From positions 96,001 to 160,000 of the forward strand of contig CAVYBH010000017.1 of assembly GCA_963766715.1 (NCBI GenBank): 64,000 bases of DNA, in the 5' to 3' direction. Shown piece after piece: positions 10,601 to 22,424 of the stretch. The notes under the pieces were generated by a model that saw only the letters and a list, made by a program, of their open reading frames with translations, had not been told where the DNA came from and did no database searches. The stretch comes from an uncultured delta proteobacterium. Lineage in GTDB: Bacteria; Myxococcota; Myxococcia; Myxococcales; Anaeromyxobacteraceae. Both the position numbers and the translations under genes were made by a program. Position 1 is the first letter of the stretch, and every line of letters begins with the position of its first letter.

Positions 10601-11107
10601 ATGAAGATCACCCCCCTCGACATCCAGCAGAAGCGGTTCTCCCGCTCGCTGCGCGGCTACGACCGGGAGGAGGTCGAGGCCTTCCTCTCGCTCGCCTCGG
10701 GCGCCCTCGAGGACCTGATCAAGGAGCTCCACGCGCTGCGGGAGGACGTGCAGCGCAAGGACGACGAGATCGCCGGGCACCGGGGCCGGGAGCGCGCGCT
10801 CCAGGAGACGCTGGTCACGGCCCAGCGCGCCAGCGACGAGATCCGGGAGTCGGCCCGGCGAGAGAGCGAGATCACCATCGGAGAGGCCGAGCTCCAGGCC
10901 GAGAAGATCGTGCAGGGCGCCCACCAGCGCTTCGTGCGGATCGTCGACGACATCCAGGAGGTGAAGCGGCTCCGGATCCAGTTCGAGGCCTCCGTCCGCG
11001 CGCTGGTCGAGGGGCACGCGAAGCTCCTCGACACCTTCCGGGACACGGGAACCGAGGACCCGGTGGAGTTCCTGACCGGGCGGAAGAAGGGCTCCGGCGA
11101 GAGCTGA
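10601..11107 (+). CDS. divIVA: DivIVA-domain protein
   Basis: MKITPLDIQQKRFSRSLRGYDREEVEAFL followed by coiled coil; GGAGG SD. Confidence 0.9.
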   Translation: MKITPLDIQQKRFSRSLRGYDREEVEAFLSLASGALEDLIKELHALREDVQRKDDEIAGHRGRERALQETLVTAQRASDEIRESARRESEITIGEAELQAEKIVQGAHQRFVRIVDDIQEVKRLRIQFEASVRALVEGHAKLLDTFRDTGTEDPVEFLTGRKKGSGES

Positions 11108-11119
11108 CCGGGCCGCGGG

Positions 11120-13811
11120 TCAGTGGGCCTCGGCCCAGCTGTGCCCGTGCCCCACCTCGACGTCGAGCGGCACCTTCAGCTCGGCTGCGCCCTCCATGGC
11201 GCGTCGCACCAGCATCTCGGCGGCCGCCACCTGCCCCGCCGCCACCTCCAGCACGAGCTCGTCGTGCACCTGGAGCAGCATCCGGGCGTCGAGCCCCTCG
11301 GCGGCGAGCGCCCGGTCCACCCGGAGCATGGCGAGCTTGATGATGTCGGCCGCCGTCCCCTGGATGGGCGTGTTCACGGCCATCCGCTCGGCCGCCTGGC
11401 GGAGCCCGGGATTGCGGGCGCGGATGTCGGGGAGCTCGCGGCGTCGTCCCCAGAGCGTGCGCACGGCGCCGGTCTCCCGCGCCCCGGCCACGGTGGCGTC
11501 GAGCCACCGCTTCACTCCCGCGTACCGGGCGAAGTACCGATCGATGATGGCCTGGGCCTCGGCCGGCGGGAGGTCGAGCCGCTGGGCCAGGCCGAAAGCC
11601 GACAGCCCGTAGGCGATCCCGAAGTTGAGCACCTTGGCGACCCGGCGCTGGTCCGGCGTCACCTCCCCGGGGGCCACGCCGAAGGTCTCCGCCGCGGTGC
11701 GGGTGTGCACGTCCTCGCCCCGCTGGAAGCTGTCGAGCAGGGAGGCGTCCTCGGCGTAGTGGGCGAGGATGCGCAGCTCGATCTGCGAGTAGTCGGCCGA
11801 GACGAGCAGCCGGCCCGGCGGCGCGACGAAGGCGGCGCGGAATCCGGCGCGCCAGGTCGGTCCGGACCGGGATGTTCTGGAGGTTCGGATCCTGCGACGA
11901 GAGGCGCCCGGTGGCCGCGCCGGCCTGGTTGTAGGTGGTGTGGAGCCGCCCGTCGGCCGGGTCGACCAGCGCCGGCAGCGCGTCGACGTAGGTGCCCTTC
12001 AGCTTGGAGAGGGATCGGTGCTCGAGCACGAGGCGAGGCAGCGGGTGCTCCTCGGCCAGCTTCTCGAGGACGTCCTGGTCCGTCGAGGGTCCGGTCTTGA
12101 GCCGCTTCACCACCGGAAGACCGAGGTCGACGAAGAGGACCTGGGCGAGCTCCCGGGTCGAGGCGATGTGGAAGGCGCGCCCGGCCGACTCGTGGATGCG
12201 CGCCTCCAGGCCCTGCATGGCCGCGCCGAACTCGGCGCTCATCGCTCCCATGGCCGCGGAGTCCACCGCGATGCCGACCTGCTCCATCCCCGCCAGCACC
12301 GGGACGAGCGGGCGCTCCACCTCCGCGTGGAGCCGCCCGAGCCCGTCGTCGTCGAGCGCGACCTGCAGCGCCGCGGCCAGTCCGGGGAGGACGGCCGCCG
12401 CCGCGCCCGCCTGCGCCGCCGTCTCCTCGACCGGGAAGGTGGCCGGGTCCCCTCCCCCTCTCCCGGACGTCGCGCGAGGCGGAGCGACCTCCAGCGCGAT
12501 CCGCTCCCGGGCCACGTCGGCGAGCGAGTGCTCGCGCCGGGAAGGAAGCAGGAGGCGGCTCGCGAGCTCCGTGTCGAGACCTCGATCCGGGAGCACGAGC
12601 CCCAGGTGGCGAAGGGCGTGGATCTCCGACTTGAGGTCGTGGGTGTGGACCGCGACCGCGGGATCGGCGAGAAGCGGCCCGAGCCCGGCCGCGACCTCGG
12701 CCGCCGGGAGCTGGGCGGGCGCACCCAGGTAGTGATGATGGATCGGCACGTACCAGGCCCGGCCCGCGGCCGCGAAGGCGATGCCCGCGGGCGCGACCGT
12801 GCGAGGGGCCGGCGACGAGAAGGCGGCGCGGAGCCCCACCTGCCCGGCGCGCCTCGCCTCGGCGACGGCGGCATCGAGGGCCGCGCGGGAGGTGACGATC
12901 TCGGCCGTCACGGCGCTCTCGCGCGGAGCGGGAGCAGGGAGCTCCCGGAGGAGCCGCCCGAACTCCAGCTCGGTGAAGAGGGCCCGGGCGCGCTCGGCGT
13001 CGACCGGGCGCCGGGACAGGTCGACGGGTCGCTCGGCCAGGGCGACGTCCTCCTTGAGGGCCACAAGCGTCCGGTTGAGCCGGATGCGGTCGGCGTGGGC
13101 CACGATCTTCTCCCGGAGCTTCTCCCCGCCCCGAGGCACCGCCGCCGGGATCTCGCCGGGACGGGCGAGCATCGCCTCGACGGTCCCGAAGTGGCGGACG
13201 AGCGCGGCCGCCGTCACCTCGCCCACGCCCGGGACGCCCGGCACGTTGTCGATCTTGTCGCCGGTGAGCGCCATCACCTCGACGACCTGCGCGGGCGGGA
13301 CGCCCATCTTCTTCTCGACGTCGGCCGGCCGGGTCCACCCTCCCCGGCCCGCCGCCTCCGCCATGGGGTCGTAGAGCTCGATCCCATCGCCGACCAGCTG
13401 GGCGAAGTCCTTGTCCCCGGTGACGATCACCACCTCGAAGCCGTCGGCGCGGGCCCTGCGGGCCAGCGTGGCGATGACGTCGTCCGCCTCGACGCCCTCC
13501 TCCTCGATCACCGGCACGTCGAGCGCGCGGGCGACGTCGCGGACGAGCGGGAACTGCCGGGCGAGGTCCTCGGGGGCCTCCGGGCGGTTCGCCTTGTACT
13601 GGGGATCGAGCTCGGTGCGGAAGCTCCTGCGGCTCTTGTCGAAGACCAGGGCCGCGTGGGTCGGCGCGTGCTCCCGGAGCGCCTTCAGGAGCATCGTGGT
13701 GAAGCCGTAGACGGCGTTGGTGGGAACGCCCTTCGTCGTGGAGAGGTGGGGGATGGCGTGAAAGGCCCGGAAGATGAAGCCGGACCCGTCGATGAGCGTG
13801 AGCGTGGGCAT
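11120..13811 (-). CDS. polA: DNA polymerase I; one frameshift near 11842
   Basis: LIDGSGFIFRAFHA, GVEADDVI, TGRLSSQDPNLQNIP, then SADYSQIELRILAH, AKVLNFGIAYG, QVHDELV in the next frame. Confidence 0.95.
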
Positions 13812-13824
13812 CTGCCCGCCGCGC

Positions 13825-16470
13825 CTACCGGATGGTCACGGACTGCCCGGAGTCGAGTCCCGGTGGGACGTCGAAGAGGGCGCCGCCCGCGAAGGTCGTG
13901 TAGTAGACCCGCCCCTTGTTCTCCTGGCCGATCAGGCTCTTGTCGAAGGTCGAGGAGCTCGTCCCGACCGACGCGTTCAGGGGGCGGCGGGTGACCGGGG
14001 CGAATCCGCTGGCGGTGGAGAAGCTGACGCCAGCGTCGCGCGCCGGAGCGAGGTGGCGGGATCGCAGTCGGCTGGGGGTGATCGGGCTCTGGCAGTACGA
14101 CCCGAGGGTGAACCCGACCACGGGGCCGGGCTCCATCGGGTCGAGCATCTCGGGGAAGCCCGTGTAGCAGCCGGGCTCGGAGATCGCAGGACTCGTAGTA
14201 GGCCGGGTACCAGAATCGCCGGGCCTTGCGGGCCACGAGCAGGGCCTCGCCGGACAGCGTCTCCTCGTCGGCCCATGCGAAGTTGTATCGCACGCCCAGT
14301 GCCGGTCGTCCCGCGTAGCCCGACGAGCTTCCGACCAGGACGAAGCCCCCCGCGCGGACCCAGACGCCCCTCAGGTAGGCGGTGGTGCTCGTGGTCACCG
14401 TCTGGAACGCCGTGAAGACGTTTCCGGGCTGCTGCCGAAGCGCGTCGACGAGGCAGGTGTACTCGGCCGCCAGCGTCGGATCGGTCGGCAGCGCGAGAAG
14501 CAGGGCCCCGGAGGGATAGAGCACCGGATCCGGCGGCGAGGAAGGAACCGATGGGCGCCTCGTGGGCCTGCGGCGGCTTGGTCGAGTCGTAGACCGGCGT
14601 CGTGGTGCCCGTCGGGACCCAGTTGGGCCGGGTGGGCGTGCAGGGGTCCGAGTCGAGGATGAACTGCGTGATGTCGCCCGTCTGCCCCGGGACGTCGGCG
14701 GCGTGGATGCCGAAGATGGGACTGGCGACCTCGAGCCCCGGGACCCACGGCGTGCTGGCCGGGAGCACGCCCGAGGCGGGCGGGGAGTAGGCCTCCTGGA
14801 GCGCGACGTAGAGCGACGCTCCGTCCGCGGCGAGCCCGACGACGCCACGGCGGGTCGAGAGGGACGGGAGGACCCCCTGGTAGGACGCCAGCCAGGATTC
14901 ACTTTTCGTGAATCCAGGCCAGATGGTGATGTCGTTGATCATCTCGAGGGGGTCGGTGTCGACGACGCCCTTCGAGGTCTGGAGCGCCACCGCGGAGGTG
15001 TTGTCCGGGAAGCCGAGCAGCGCCGTTCCCGCGGCCGGGCCGGCCGGTCCGACGGGGAGCGCCTTCACGACCTGCGTGCGGGTCGTCGAATCGTTGAGCG
15101 CGGACACGAAGTCGAGCGGGCCGAACCGTCCGAGGTCGACGAGGAAGGTGTTGCCGTCCCCGGTCGCGACCAGCATGGAGGCGGTGGACCACCACAGGCT
15201 GCCTGCCGCGAGCTGCATGAACCTCTGCGCGATCCCGTTCCCGTTGAACAGGGCGAAGCCGCCTCCGGGAAGGCCCGCGTCCGGGCAGACCGGAAGCGGA
15301 GTTGCCGGGCGTGGCGGGCGAGAAGCAGACCTGGGATCCGTTCACGAGCCCCGGGGCGACCGTCCCCGGGTTCTCGGGCGGCATCGCGACCCCGACGGCG
15401 AGCGGGATGGAGGCCGAACGCATCGGAGCCCGGTAGGACTGCTTGGGCACGAAGCCGATGTCGGGCGCCGGATCGGCCGCCAGGCCTCCCCGCGCGGGGT
15501 CGAAGGTGGCGATCCCGCATTCGATCCGCTCCAGGGGTCCGCAGCCGGACGGGGCGATCGCGGCGTAGACGCGGAGGGCGGGGGCGTCGAAGTCCCACCA
15601 GGTCTCCACCTTGCGCTCGCCGACGATGGCCGCGGCGACCGACGTCGTGGGGGCGCGACCATCGAGGCCGCGAACGGGCCACGGCTGGGTCAGCCCGCCA
15701 CTCGCGTCGACCTCGGCGATGCCGAAGACGGACGCCCCTCCGTGTCGGGCCGGGGATCGGGTCGCCGGTGGCGAGGTAGACGTGGAAGTTGTCCGGAGAC
15801 GCGGAGATCGCCACCGCGTCGAACTCGAGCGGCTTCACCTGGGGCGCAGCCGGCGAGGACGATGGAGCCGCCGTCGCCTCGCGCGATCTCCAGGACCACG
15901 AGCTTCCCACCGCCGCCGGACGAGCCGCCGGACAGGGCCACGACGACCCAGGCCTTGCCCGGCGTCGCGGCGTACACGGGAGGCACCCCGGCCGGATCGC
16001 CGGACGGAACCGCGGTGACCGTCAGCGCGAGGATCTCGCTTCCCGACTCGACCAGGTTCGTCAGGTCCCACTGCTCGGCCACGGCGATGAGCGGCGTCCG
16101 GTTCACCGGCGTGTACCAGGTGCCCACGAGCTGGACGAGGAGCCCGCTGCTGGCCACGACGAGGGCGTCTGGCCCGCCGTCCTGGAGGGAGCCCGAGGCG
16201 AGGTGGAACGGGCGAGCCAAGCGTCGGGATCGAGAGCGGGAAGGCCAGGTTCGCGGATCGCTGGGGCCGGTCCGTCGCCGGGTCGATGAGCCGGAGCTCG
16301 TCTCCACGGCTGGACGCGACGGCGATCCAGGGCACCAGGCCGGTCGTCTCGTCTCCCGCTCCCCAGAAGCCGGCGACGGCAGCGGGACCGCGGAAGTCGG
16401 CGCTGAGTACCGTGGCGCCGTTGCTGCACGCGGTGGCCAGGAGCGCCATCAGGCCAAGAAGGCGCTTCAC
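13825..16470 (-). CDS. Large (~880 aa) predicted lipoprotein of unknown function; at least 6 frameshifts
   Basis: GTG start overlaps the upstream stop; MKRLLGLMALLATA-C lipobox; protein-like segments chain across ORFs 15835, 15690, 15065, 14899, 13977, 13685 and 13825. Confidence 0.65.
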
Positions 16471-17925
16471 GGGCCCCTCCCGATGCGCTTCACGAGCGCG
16501 ATCGATTCCGGCCGGTCGGGGTCCATCTCCAGGATGTTCACCCAGTTGTCGAGGAACGATCCCACGTAGAGCCGGTCGCAGGATCCCCCGATGACGCAGG
16601 GAGACGGCTCGTAGGGAGCCTCGGTGGGGGTCGAGGCGGGCACGGTGATGGCCCGCGCCGGGTCGATGGGCTCGGCGGCGATCCCGAACGGCAGCCGGCC
16701 GAGGATGGGAACGCCGGTGTCGGGGTTGAGGCCGATGTAGCTCGTCACGAATCCCAGCTCCGCGTCGTAGATCACGAGCGAGCCTTCCTGGTCGCAGGTG
16801 AGCGCCACCAGGTCGCCCCGGCGCGCGACGCGGGGGCAGGACCTTGAGATCGCCAGTGCCCAGGCAGGTGGGCACGACCTGCCGCAGCGCCATCGACGGT
16901 TGCTGGTAGGCGTCGCGGGCGATGGAGAAGACCACGAGCGCCCCGCCCTCGAGCAGGAACGCGCCGGTGTTGGCGAGCAGGTCGGCATCGTAGAGATCCA
17001 CGGCCAGGAAGAGGAGCAGGCCGTCGTTCGAGATCGCGACGGCGCGCGCCGAGGAGCCGAGCACGACCCCGCTGGTCACGAAGGTATTGAATACCGGGAA
17101 GTCGTATCCACCCGAGGTCACGTTCTGGACGCTGGGGTTGATCCACCGGAGAGGAGCGAGCCCCCCGGTGGCGCCTCCGGAGATGAAGAGCCAGTCCCCG
17201 AGGGAAGCGTACGCGGCGCCGTAGGTCGGCGAGATCCCGAGGGCGAGGACGTTCACCGAGCCCGTCGCCAGGTCCATCCGGGTCAGCCATCCCTGGCTGC
17301 TGGGCCCACGCAGGTAGGTGAAGTACGCATCCGCCCGATCCGTTCCGCCGTTCGAGTTGCACACCGTCGCGACGCCGTACGGATCGAGGAGCTGGACGGC
17401 CTGCACGGAGGCGCACCCGGTCCCGCACGAGAGCGACCCGTCGGCCGGCATCTCCATCCGGTACAAGGTCTGGATGGCGCGGGAGCCGAGGAGCACCTGC
17501 GCGCCCCCCGCGGCCACCGCGGGGTCGGCGGACAGCTGCGAGCAGGCGGTGGGGCACTGGGGCCACCCGGGCGGGCAGGCCTGCTCGACCACGGCCACCT
17601 GCCCGCCGAAGCTCCCGATGCGCTGGAACCCGTTCGGATAGACGGCGAGGTCTCCGCCCAGGATGCTGTCCTGGGATGCGTCCGGGTCCACGACGAGGAC
17701 CGTCCCGCCATCCGACTCCTGGTAGCGGAGGTCGAAGTTGGAGGAGACCACGACCAGCTGGCTCGACCCGGCCGGCGTGGCGGTGGTCGGAGGCATCTGC
17801 CTCACCGCCAGTCCGACGGGGTAATAGAAGATGTCCGCAGGCGGCAGGACGACAGGGTAGGAGTCCCTGCAGCCGGCCGCCATCAGGAAGGCGAGGAGCG
17901 CGACAATCTTTGGGATTCGGGTCAC
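16467..17925 (-). CDS. Predicted lipoprotein, possibly beta-propeller (YncE/YVTN-like); one frameshift near 16833
   Basis: MTRIPKIVALLAFLMAAG-C lipobox; FYYPVGLAV...VVSSNFDLRY, DPYGVA, PFGIA...LYVGSF blade-like motifs; GTG start chosen from the promoter position. Confidence 0.7.
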
Positions 17926-17936
17926 CGGGAGCGCGA

Positions 17937-17966
17937 ACCCTAAGCCCCGCATCCCCCCAGGGTCAA
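17937..17966 (-). promoter_or_regulatory. Sigma70-type promoter of the lipoprotein pair (and perhaps polA)
   Basis: TTGACC-18 nt-TAGGGT, 11 nt before GTG 17925. Confidence 0.55.
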
Positions 17967-17982
17967 GGGGAAACCGGGCGTT

Positions 17983-20097
17983 TCACGCCCCTCCCGTGGA
18001 ACCCCCGGCGGGCGGCAACTCGGCCTGGATCTTCCGGAAGTCGGCGACGTCCGCGAAGAGGTCCGACACCCGCTTCATGATGCCGAGACGGTTGGCCCGC
18101 ACGGCCGGTTCCTCGGCCATGACGAGCACCGCGTCGAAGAAAGCGTCGATGGCCGGCTTGAGCGAGGCCACCGCCCGGAGGACCGACGCGTAGTCGCGCG
18201 CGCGCCGGAAGGCGGCGACTTCCCCCTCGACCCGCTCGACCTCGTCGACGAGCACGGTCTCGGCGCCCGCGCCGAGGAGCCCGCGGTCGACGCCGGCGCC
18301 GGTCCCCTCCCCCGCCTTCTCGCGGATGTTGGCGACCCGCTTGAAGGCCACCGCCAGCGGGACGAAGTCGGGGCGGGTCTTCACGCTGGCCAGCGCCTCG
18401 AGGCGCCGGCGGGCGTCGACGACGTCGTCGAATCCGGCCGCCAGCACCGCATCGACGAGGTCGCCGTCGAACTCGTCGCTCCAGAGGGCGCGGAGACGCC
18501 CGCGCAGGAAGTCGAGGACCTGCGAGGCGACCACGGTCCGGTCGGCCGCCAGCCGGGCCCCGGCGAGCGCGTCCAGCGTCTGCTCGACGGCGCCCGCCAG
18601 CGACAGGTGGTACGCGCGCGCCTGGACGATGCGGAGGATCGCGATGGCCGCGCGGCGGAGGCCGTAGGGATCGGCGGCTCCCGTCGCCTTCTCGCCCACC
18701 CCGATGATCCCCACGAGCTGGTGGAATCGATCGGCCAGGCCCACCAGCGCCCCGAGGTCCCCGCGCGGCATCTCCTCGGAGGCGCCGACCGGCTTGTAGT
18801 GATCCTCAATCGCGTCGGCCACCTCGCCGCGGAGCCCTTCCAGGCGCGCGTAGTGGCCGCCCATCGTGCCCTGCAGCTCGGGGAACTCCCCGACCATCCC
18901 GGTGGTGAGATCCGTCTTGCACAGGCGCGCCGCCTCGAGCAGGTCGGGCACGAGGTCCTCGCGCCCCATCGAGCGGGCCAGGCCGCTCGCCACCGAGCCG
19001 ATGCGGTGGACGCGATCGAGCTCGCTGCCGAGGCGCGCCTGGTAGGTCCGGCGCCCCAGGTCCTCGATCCGGTCGCGGAGCCGGCGCTTGCGGTCCTCCT
19101 CGAAGAAGAAGCGCGCGTCGGCGAGCCGGGCGCGCAGCACCCGCTCGTATCCGTGGCGGGCCACGGCGGGATCCCGGACGGCGGTGCCGGACACGGCGAC
19201 GAAGCGGTTGGCCAGGCGGCCGTGCGCGTCGAGCACCGCGAAGTAGCGCTGGTGGTTGCGCATCTCCGAGATGACCACCTCGGGCGGCAGCTCGAGGTTC
19301 GACTTCTCGAAGGTCCCGGCGATGCCGGTGGGATGCTCGACGAGCCAGGTGACCTGCTCGACCAGCGGCTCGTCCGGGCGCAGGCTGCCCCCCGCCTTCC
19401 GGGCCGCCCGGGAGAGCTCCTGCTCGACGGCGGCGCGCCGCTCGACCGGGTCGACGATCACGTGCGCCTTGCGCAGCCGGGCGACGTAGTCCTCGGGCGC
19501 ACCGGAGAGCGGAATGGCGCGCGGGGCGAGGAAGCGGTGGCCGGAGGTGACCTTCCCGCTCCGCACCTCCCCGTACTTCACCGGAAGTGCCTTGCCCCCC
19601 AGGAGCGCCACCATCCAGCGGACCGGGCGCGCGAAGGTGACCTCGTCCAGGCGGGACCGCATCGCCTTGCGGAAGCGGAGCCCGGCCACGAGCCGCTCGA
19701 GGAGCGCGGGCAGCACCTGCTCGGCCTTCCGCCCCTTCTCGACCTTCGTGACGGCGAGGCGCAGGCCCTTGGGCGTCTCGACGCGCTCGAGCGCGGCGAC
19801 CTCGACGCCCTGGCTGCGCGCGAAGCCCGACGCGGCCGGCGTGGGGCTCCCCGACGCGTCGAAGGCCTGCGCCACCGGGGGGCCGAGGGCCTGGGTCCTG
19901 GAGTCGGCCTGGCGGGGCGCGAGGTCCCGGGCCCAGACCGCGAGCCGGCGGGGCGTCCCCACGGCCTTCACCTCGCCGTGCGGGAGTCGCGCGTCGTCGA
20001 GCGCCTTCCCCAGGTCCTGCGCCAGCTGCTGCAGCGCCGCCGGCGCGAAGCCCGCCGGGATCTCCTCGGTGCCGATCTCGAAAAGAAGGTCCGCCAT
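17983..20097 (-). CDS. glyS: Glycine--tRNA ligase beta subunit
   Basis: DLLFEIGTEEIP, TPRRL, FARPVRW, MVGEFPELQGTMG, ADPYGLRR. Confidence 0.96.
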   Translation of the reverse strand: MADLLFEIGTEEIPAGFAPAALQQLAQDLGKALDDARLPHGEVKAVGTPRRLAVWARDLAPRQADSRTQALGPPVAQAFDASGSPTPAASGFARSQGVEVAALERVETPKGLRLAVTKVEKGRKAEQVLPALLERLVAGLRFRKAMRSRLDEVTFARPVRWMVALLGGKALPVKYGEVRSGKVTSGHRFLAPRAIPLSGAPEDYVARLRKAHVIVDPVERRAAVEQELSRAARKAGGSLRPDEPLVEQVTWLVEHPTGIAGTFEKSNLELPPEVVISEMRNHQRYFAVLDAHGRLANRFVAVSGTAVRDPAVARHGYERVLRARLADARFFFEEDRKRRLRDRIEDLGRRTYQARLGSELDRVHRIGSVASGLARSMGREDLVPDLLEAARLCKTDLTTGMVGEFPELQGTMGGHYARLEGLRGEVADAIEDHYKPVGASEEMPRGDLGALVGLADRFHQLVGIIGVGEKATGAADPYGLRRAAIAILRIVQARAYHLSLAGAVEQTLDALAGARLAADRTVVASQVLDFLRGRLRALWSDEFDGDLVDAVLAAGFDDVVDARRRLEALASVKTRPDFVPLAVAFKRVANIREKAGEGTGAGVDRGLLGAGAETVLVDEVERVEGEVAAFRRARDYASVLRAVASLKPAIDAFFDAVLVMAEEPAVRANRLGIMKRVSDLFADVADFRKIQAELPPAGGSTGGA

Positions 20098-20106
20098 GCC
20101 CGCCTC

Positions 20107-21039
20107 CTACTTCCTGGCCTCGGCCGCTTCGCGGGCCGCGCGCGCCGCCTCGACCGCCGCCTTGCGCTCGCGCGCCGGCAGCATGGGGAATCCCAGGGCC
20201 TCGCGCGAGGCCAGGTAGCCCCTCGCGCACTGGTGCGCGAGCGCGCGGACCCGGCCGATGTAGGCGGCCCGCTCGGTCACGCTGATGGCGCCGCGCGCGT
20301 CGAGCATGTTGAACGCGTGGGAGCACTTCAGGCACTGGTCGTACGCGGGCAGCGGCAGGCCGGCCTCGATGAGCCGCCTGCACTCCGCCTCGTGCATGTC
20401 GAACAGCCCGAAGAGCATCTTCGGGTCGCTCTGCCGGAAGGCGTACTCGCTCATCTCCACCTCGTTGCGGTGGAAGACCTCGCGGTACTTGACCCCCTTC
20501 ACCCACTCGACGTCGAAGACGTTCTCCACGTCCTGCAGGTACATGGCGATGCGCTCGAGGCCGTAGGTCAGCTCGGCCGCCACCGGCTTCACCTCGAAGC
20601 CGCCGGCCTGCTGGAAGTAGGTGTACTGGGTGATCTCCATCCCGTCGCACCACACCTCCCAGCCGAGTCCCCAGGCGCCCAGCGTCGGGCTCTCCCAGTC
20701 GTCCTCGACGAAGCGGATGTCGTGCGCCTTCGGATCGATGCCGATGGCGCGCAGCGACCCCAGGTAGAGCTCCTGGGTGTCCGGCGGGTTGGGCTTCAGG
20801 ATCACCTGGAACTGGTGGTGCTGGAACAGGCGGTTCGGATTGTCGCCGAAGCGTCCGTCGGCCGGGCGCCGGGAGGGCTCGACGTACGCCACCTTCCACG
20901 GCTCGGGACCGAGCACGCGCAGGAAGGTCGCCGGGTTCATCGTCCCCGCTCCGACCTCGAGGTCGTAGCCCTGGGCGAGGATGCAGCCCTGCTTCGCCCA
21001 GTAGGTCTGGAGCTTGAGGATGAGGTCCTGGAAGGTCAC
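20107..21039 (-). CDS. glyQ: Glycine--tRNA ligase alpha subunit
   Basis: [50 protein letters not shown]. Confidence 0.96.
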   Translation of the reverse strand: MTFQDLILKLQTYWAKQGCILAQGYDLEVGAGTMNPATFLRVLGPEPWKVAYVEPSRRPADGRFGDNPNRLFQHHQFQVILKPNPPDTQELYLGSLRAIGIDPKAHDIRFVEDDWESPTLGAWGLGWEVWCDGMEITQYTYFQQAGGFEVKPVAAELTYGLERIAMYLQDVENVFDVEWVKGVKYREVFHRNEVEMSEYAFRQSDPKMLFGLFDMHEAECRRLIEAGLPLPAYDQCLKCSHAFNMLDARGAISVTERAAYIGRVRALAHQCARGYLASREALGFPMLPARERKAAVEAARAAREAAEARK

Positions 21040-21083
21040 GCGCTGCCCTCGCTTTCGAGCCCCCGGCCGCTGCCGGGCCCTCC

Positions 21084-21113
21084 TTCGTAGGTCCCCGCGG
21101 CGGCTGCTGTCAA
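21084..21113 (-). promoter_or_regulatory. Candidate glyQS promoter
   Basis: Consensus TTGACA-18 nt-TACGAA. Confidence 0.45.
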
Positions 21114-21131
21114 ACGGTTCCTGGGCGCGCC

Positions 21132-21887
21132 CTACGCTCCGGAGAGGAACGGGCCGACCTCGTCGAGGAAGCGGCGCGCCAGGAGACGCTTGCCGAGCTG
21201 GTGCTCGAGGTAGGTGCCCAGGATCGTCCTGGCCCGGGCCGCCGTCGACGCGGGCGCCTCCGCCGGCTCCCCTCGCTGGAGGCGGCGGAGGGCCGCGAGC
21301 GCGTCTGCGGGGACCTCCGGGGATCCGGGCGCGGCGAACGGAAGGCAGTCCGCGCAGAGCACGCCGCCCTGCGCCGGGTCGAAGCGCGTGGGCGCGTCTC
21401 CGGAGGGACGGCCGCAGCGCGCGCAGCCGTCGAGCGAGGGCATGAGACCCGCCGCCCGCAGCGCGTCGAGCTCGAAGCGGCGAAGGTCCCACGGCTCGGC
21501 CGGGGCCGCGTCGAGCCGCTCGAGGTAGGACACGACGCGGTCGAAGAGGTCCTCGTGGGGCTCGGCGTCCCGCACCAGCTCTCGCGCCAGCTCGACCGCG
21601 TAGCTCGCGCAGGCGATGCGAGCCAGGTCGCCTCGCACGGCGCCGAAGGCCCGCTCGACCTGGGCGCTCTCCAGCACCCAGAGGTCGCCGCCTCGCTCGG
21701 TCAGCTCCGTGGAGAGGAGGTTGAAGGGCTCGAGCGCGCCGCCGAAGCGCCGCTGGGACGACCGGGCGCCGCGCGCGAAGGCCGAGAGCTTTCCCCGCTC
21801 CCGGCTGAGCAGCGTCACCACCCGGTCCCGCTCGCCGTAGTCCACCGTGCGGAGCACGACCGCGAGGAGCTTCGCGGAGCGGGGCAC
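21132..21887 (-). CDS. recO: DNA repair protein RecO
   Basis: [33 protein letters not shown], Zn motif CARC...LCADC; upstream of glyQ. Confidence 0.92.
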   Translation of the reverse strand: MPRSAKLLAVVLRTVDYGERDRVVTLLSRERGKLSAFARGARSSQRRFGGALEPFNLLSTELTERGGDLWVLESAQVERAFGAVRGDLARIACASYAVELARELVRDAEPHEDLFDRVVSYLERLDAAPAEPWDLRRFELDALRAAGLMPSLDGCARCGRPSGDAPTRFDPAQGGVLCADCLPFAAPGSPEVPADALAALRRLQRGEPAEAPASTAARARTILGTYLEHQLGKRLLARRFLDEVGPFLSGA

Positions 21888-21895
21888 GGCCGGGC

Positions 21896-22424
21896 CTAGG
21901 GCGCGCCCGGGGCGCGGTACGGGGCACGCTCGCTCGACTTGTGCCCGCGGATCTCGCCGGCGCCGCTCGAACGCCGGAAACCCACCGCGACGGCCGCCGC
22001 GACGAGCAGCGCCACCACGGCGGCGGCGATCACCAGCCGGCGGGAGGGGGCCCGGGCTCCGGGGCCACGGCGCCGAGGGGGCACGCGCCGAGGGGGCACG
22101 GACCGCGGGCGTCCGCGCGGCCGGAGCGACCTCCGGAACGTCCACGCCGGCCGCCTCCTGGAAGCGGAGCACCACGTCGTCGGCGTCGAGCCCCACGGCG
22201 CCCGAGTAGCTCCTCAGGTAGCCGACCAGGTAGCCGCGGGGCGGCATCCGGTCCGGATCGCCCGCCTCGATGGCCTCGATCACGGCGGGGGCGAGGCGGG
22301 TCACCCGGGCCACGTCGTCCGGGGAGAGCCCGCGGAGCTCGCGCTCGCGCAGGAGGTACCTGCCGAAGGCCCGCACCGGCTCGGCGCGGGGATCCACGGG
22401 GGAGCCGGGAGTTCCGTCGGTCAC
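21896..22424 (-). CDS. RodZ-like helix-turn-helix membrane protein (short form); one frameshift near 22065
   Basis: [15 protein letters not shown]...[19 protein letters not shown], then a TM helix [20 protein letters not shown] in the shifted frame. Confidence 0.75.
22071..22100. repeat. 15-bp perfect tandem duplication (CGCCGAGGGGGCACG x2), encoding [10 protein letters not shown]
   Basis: Read directly; lies in the linker of the RodZ-like gene. Confidence 0.8.

Noticed and set aside
10601..11107. DivIVA in a Gram-negative organism as horizontal transfer
   Set aside because: DivIVA homologs are known in deltaproteobacterial lineages, and its composition matches the neighbouring genes.
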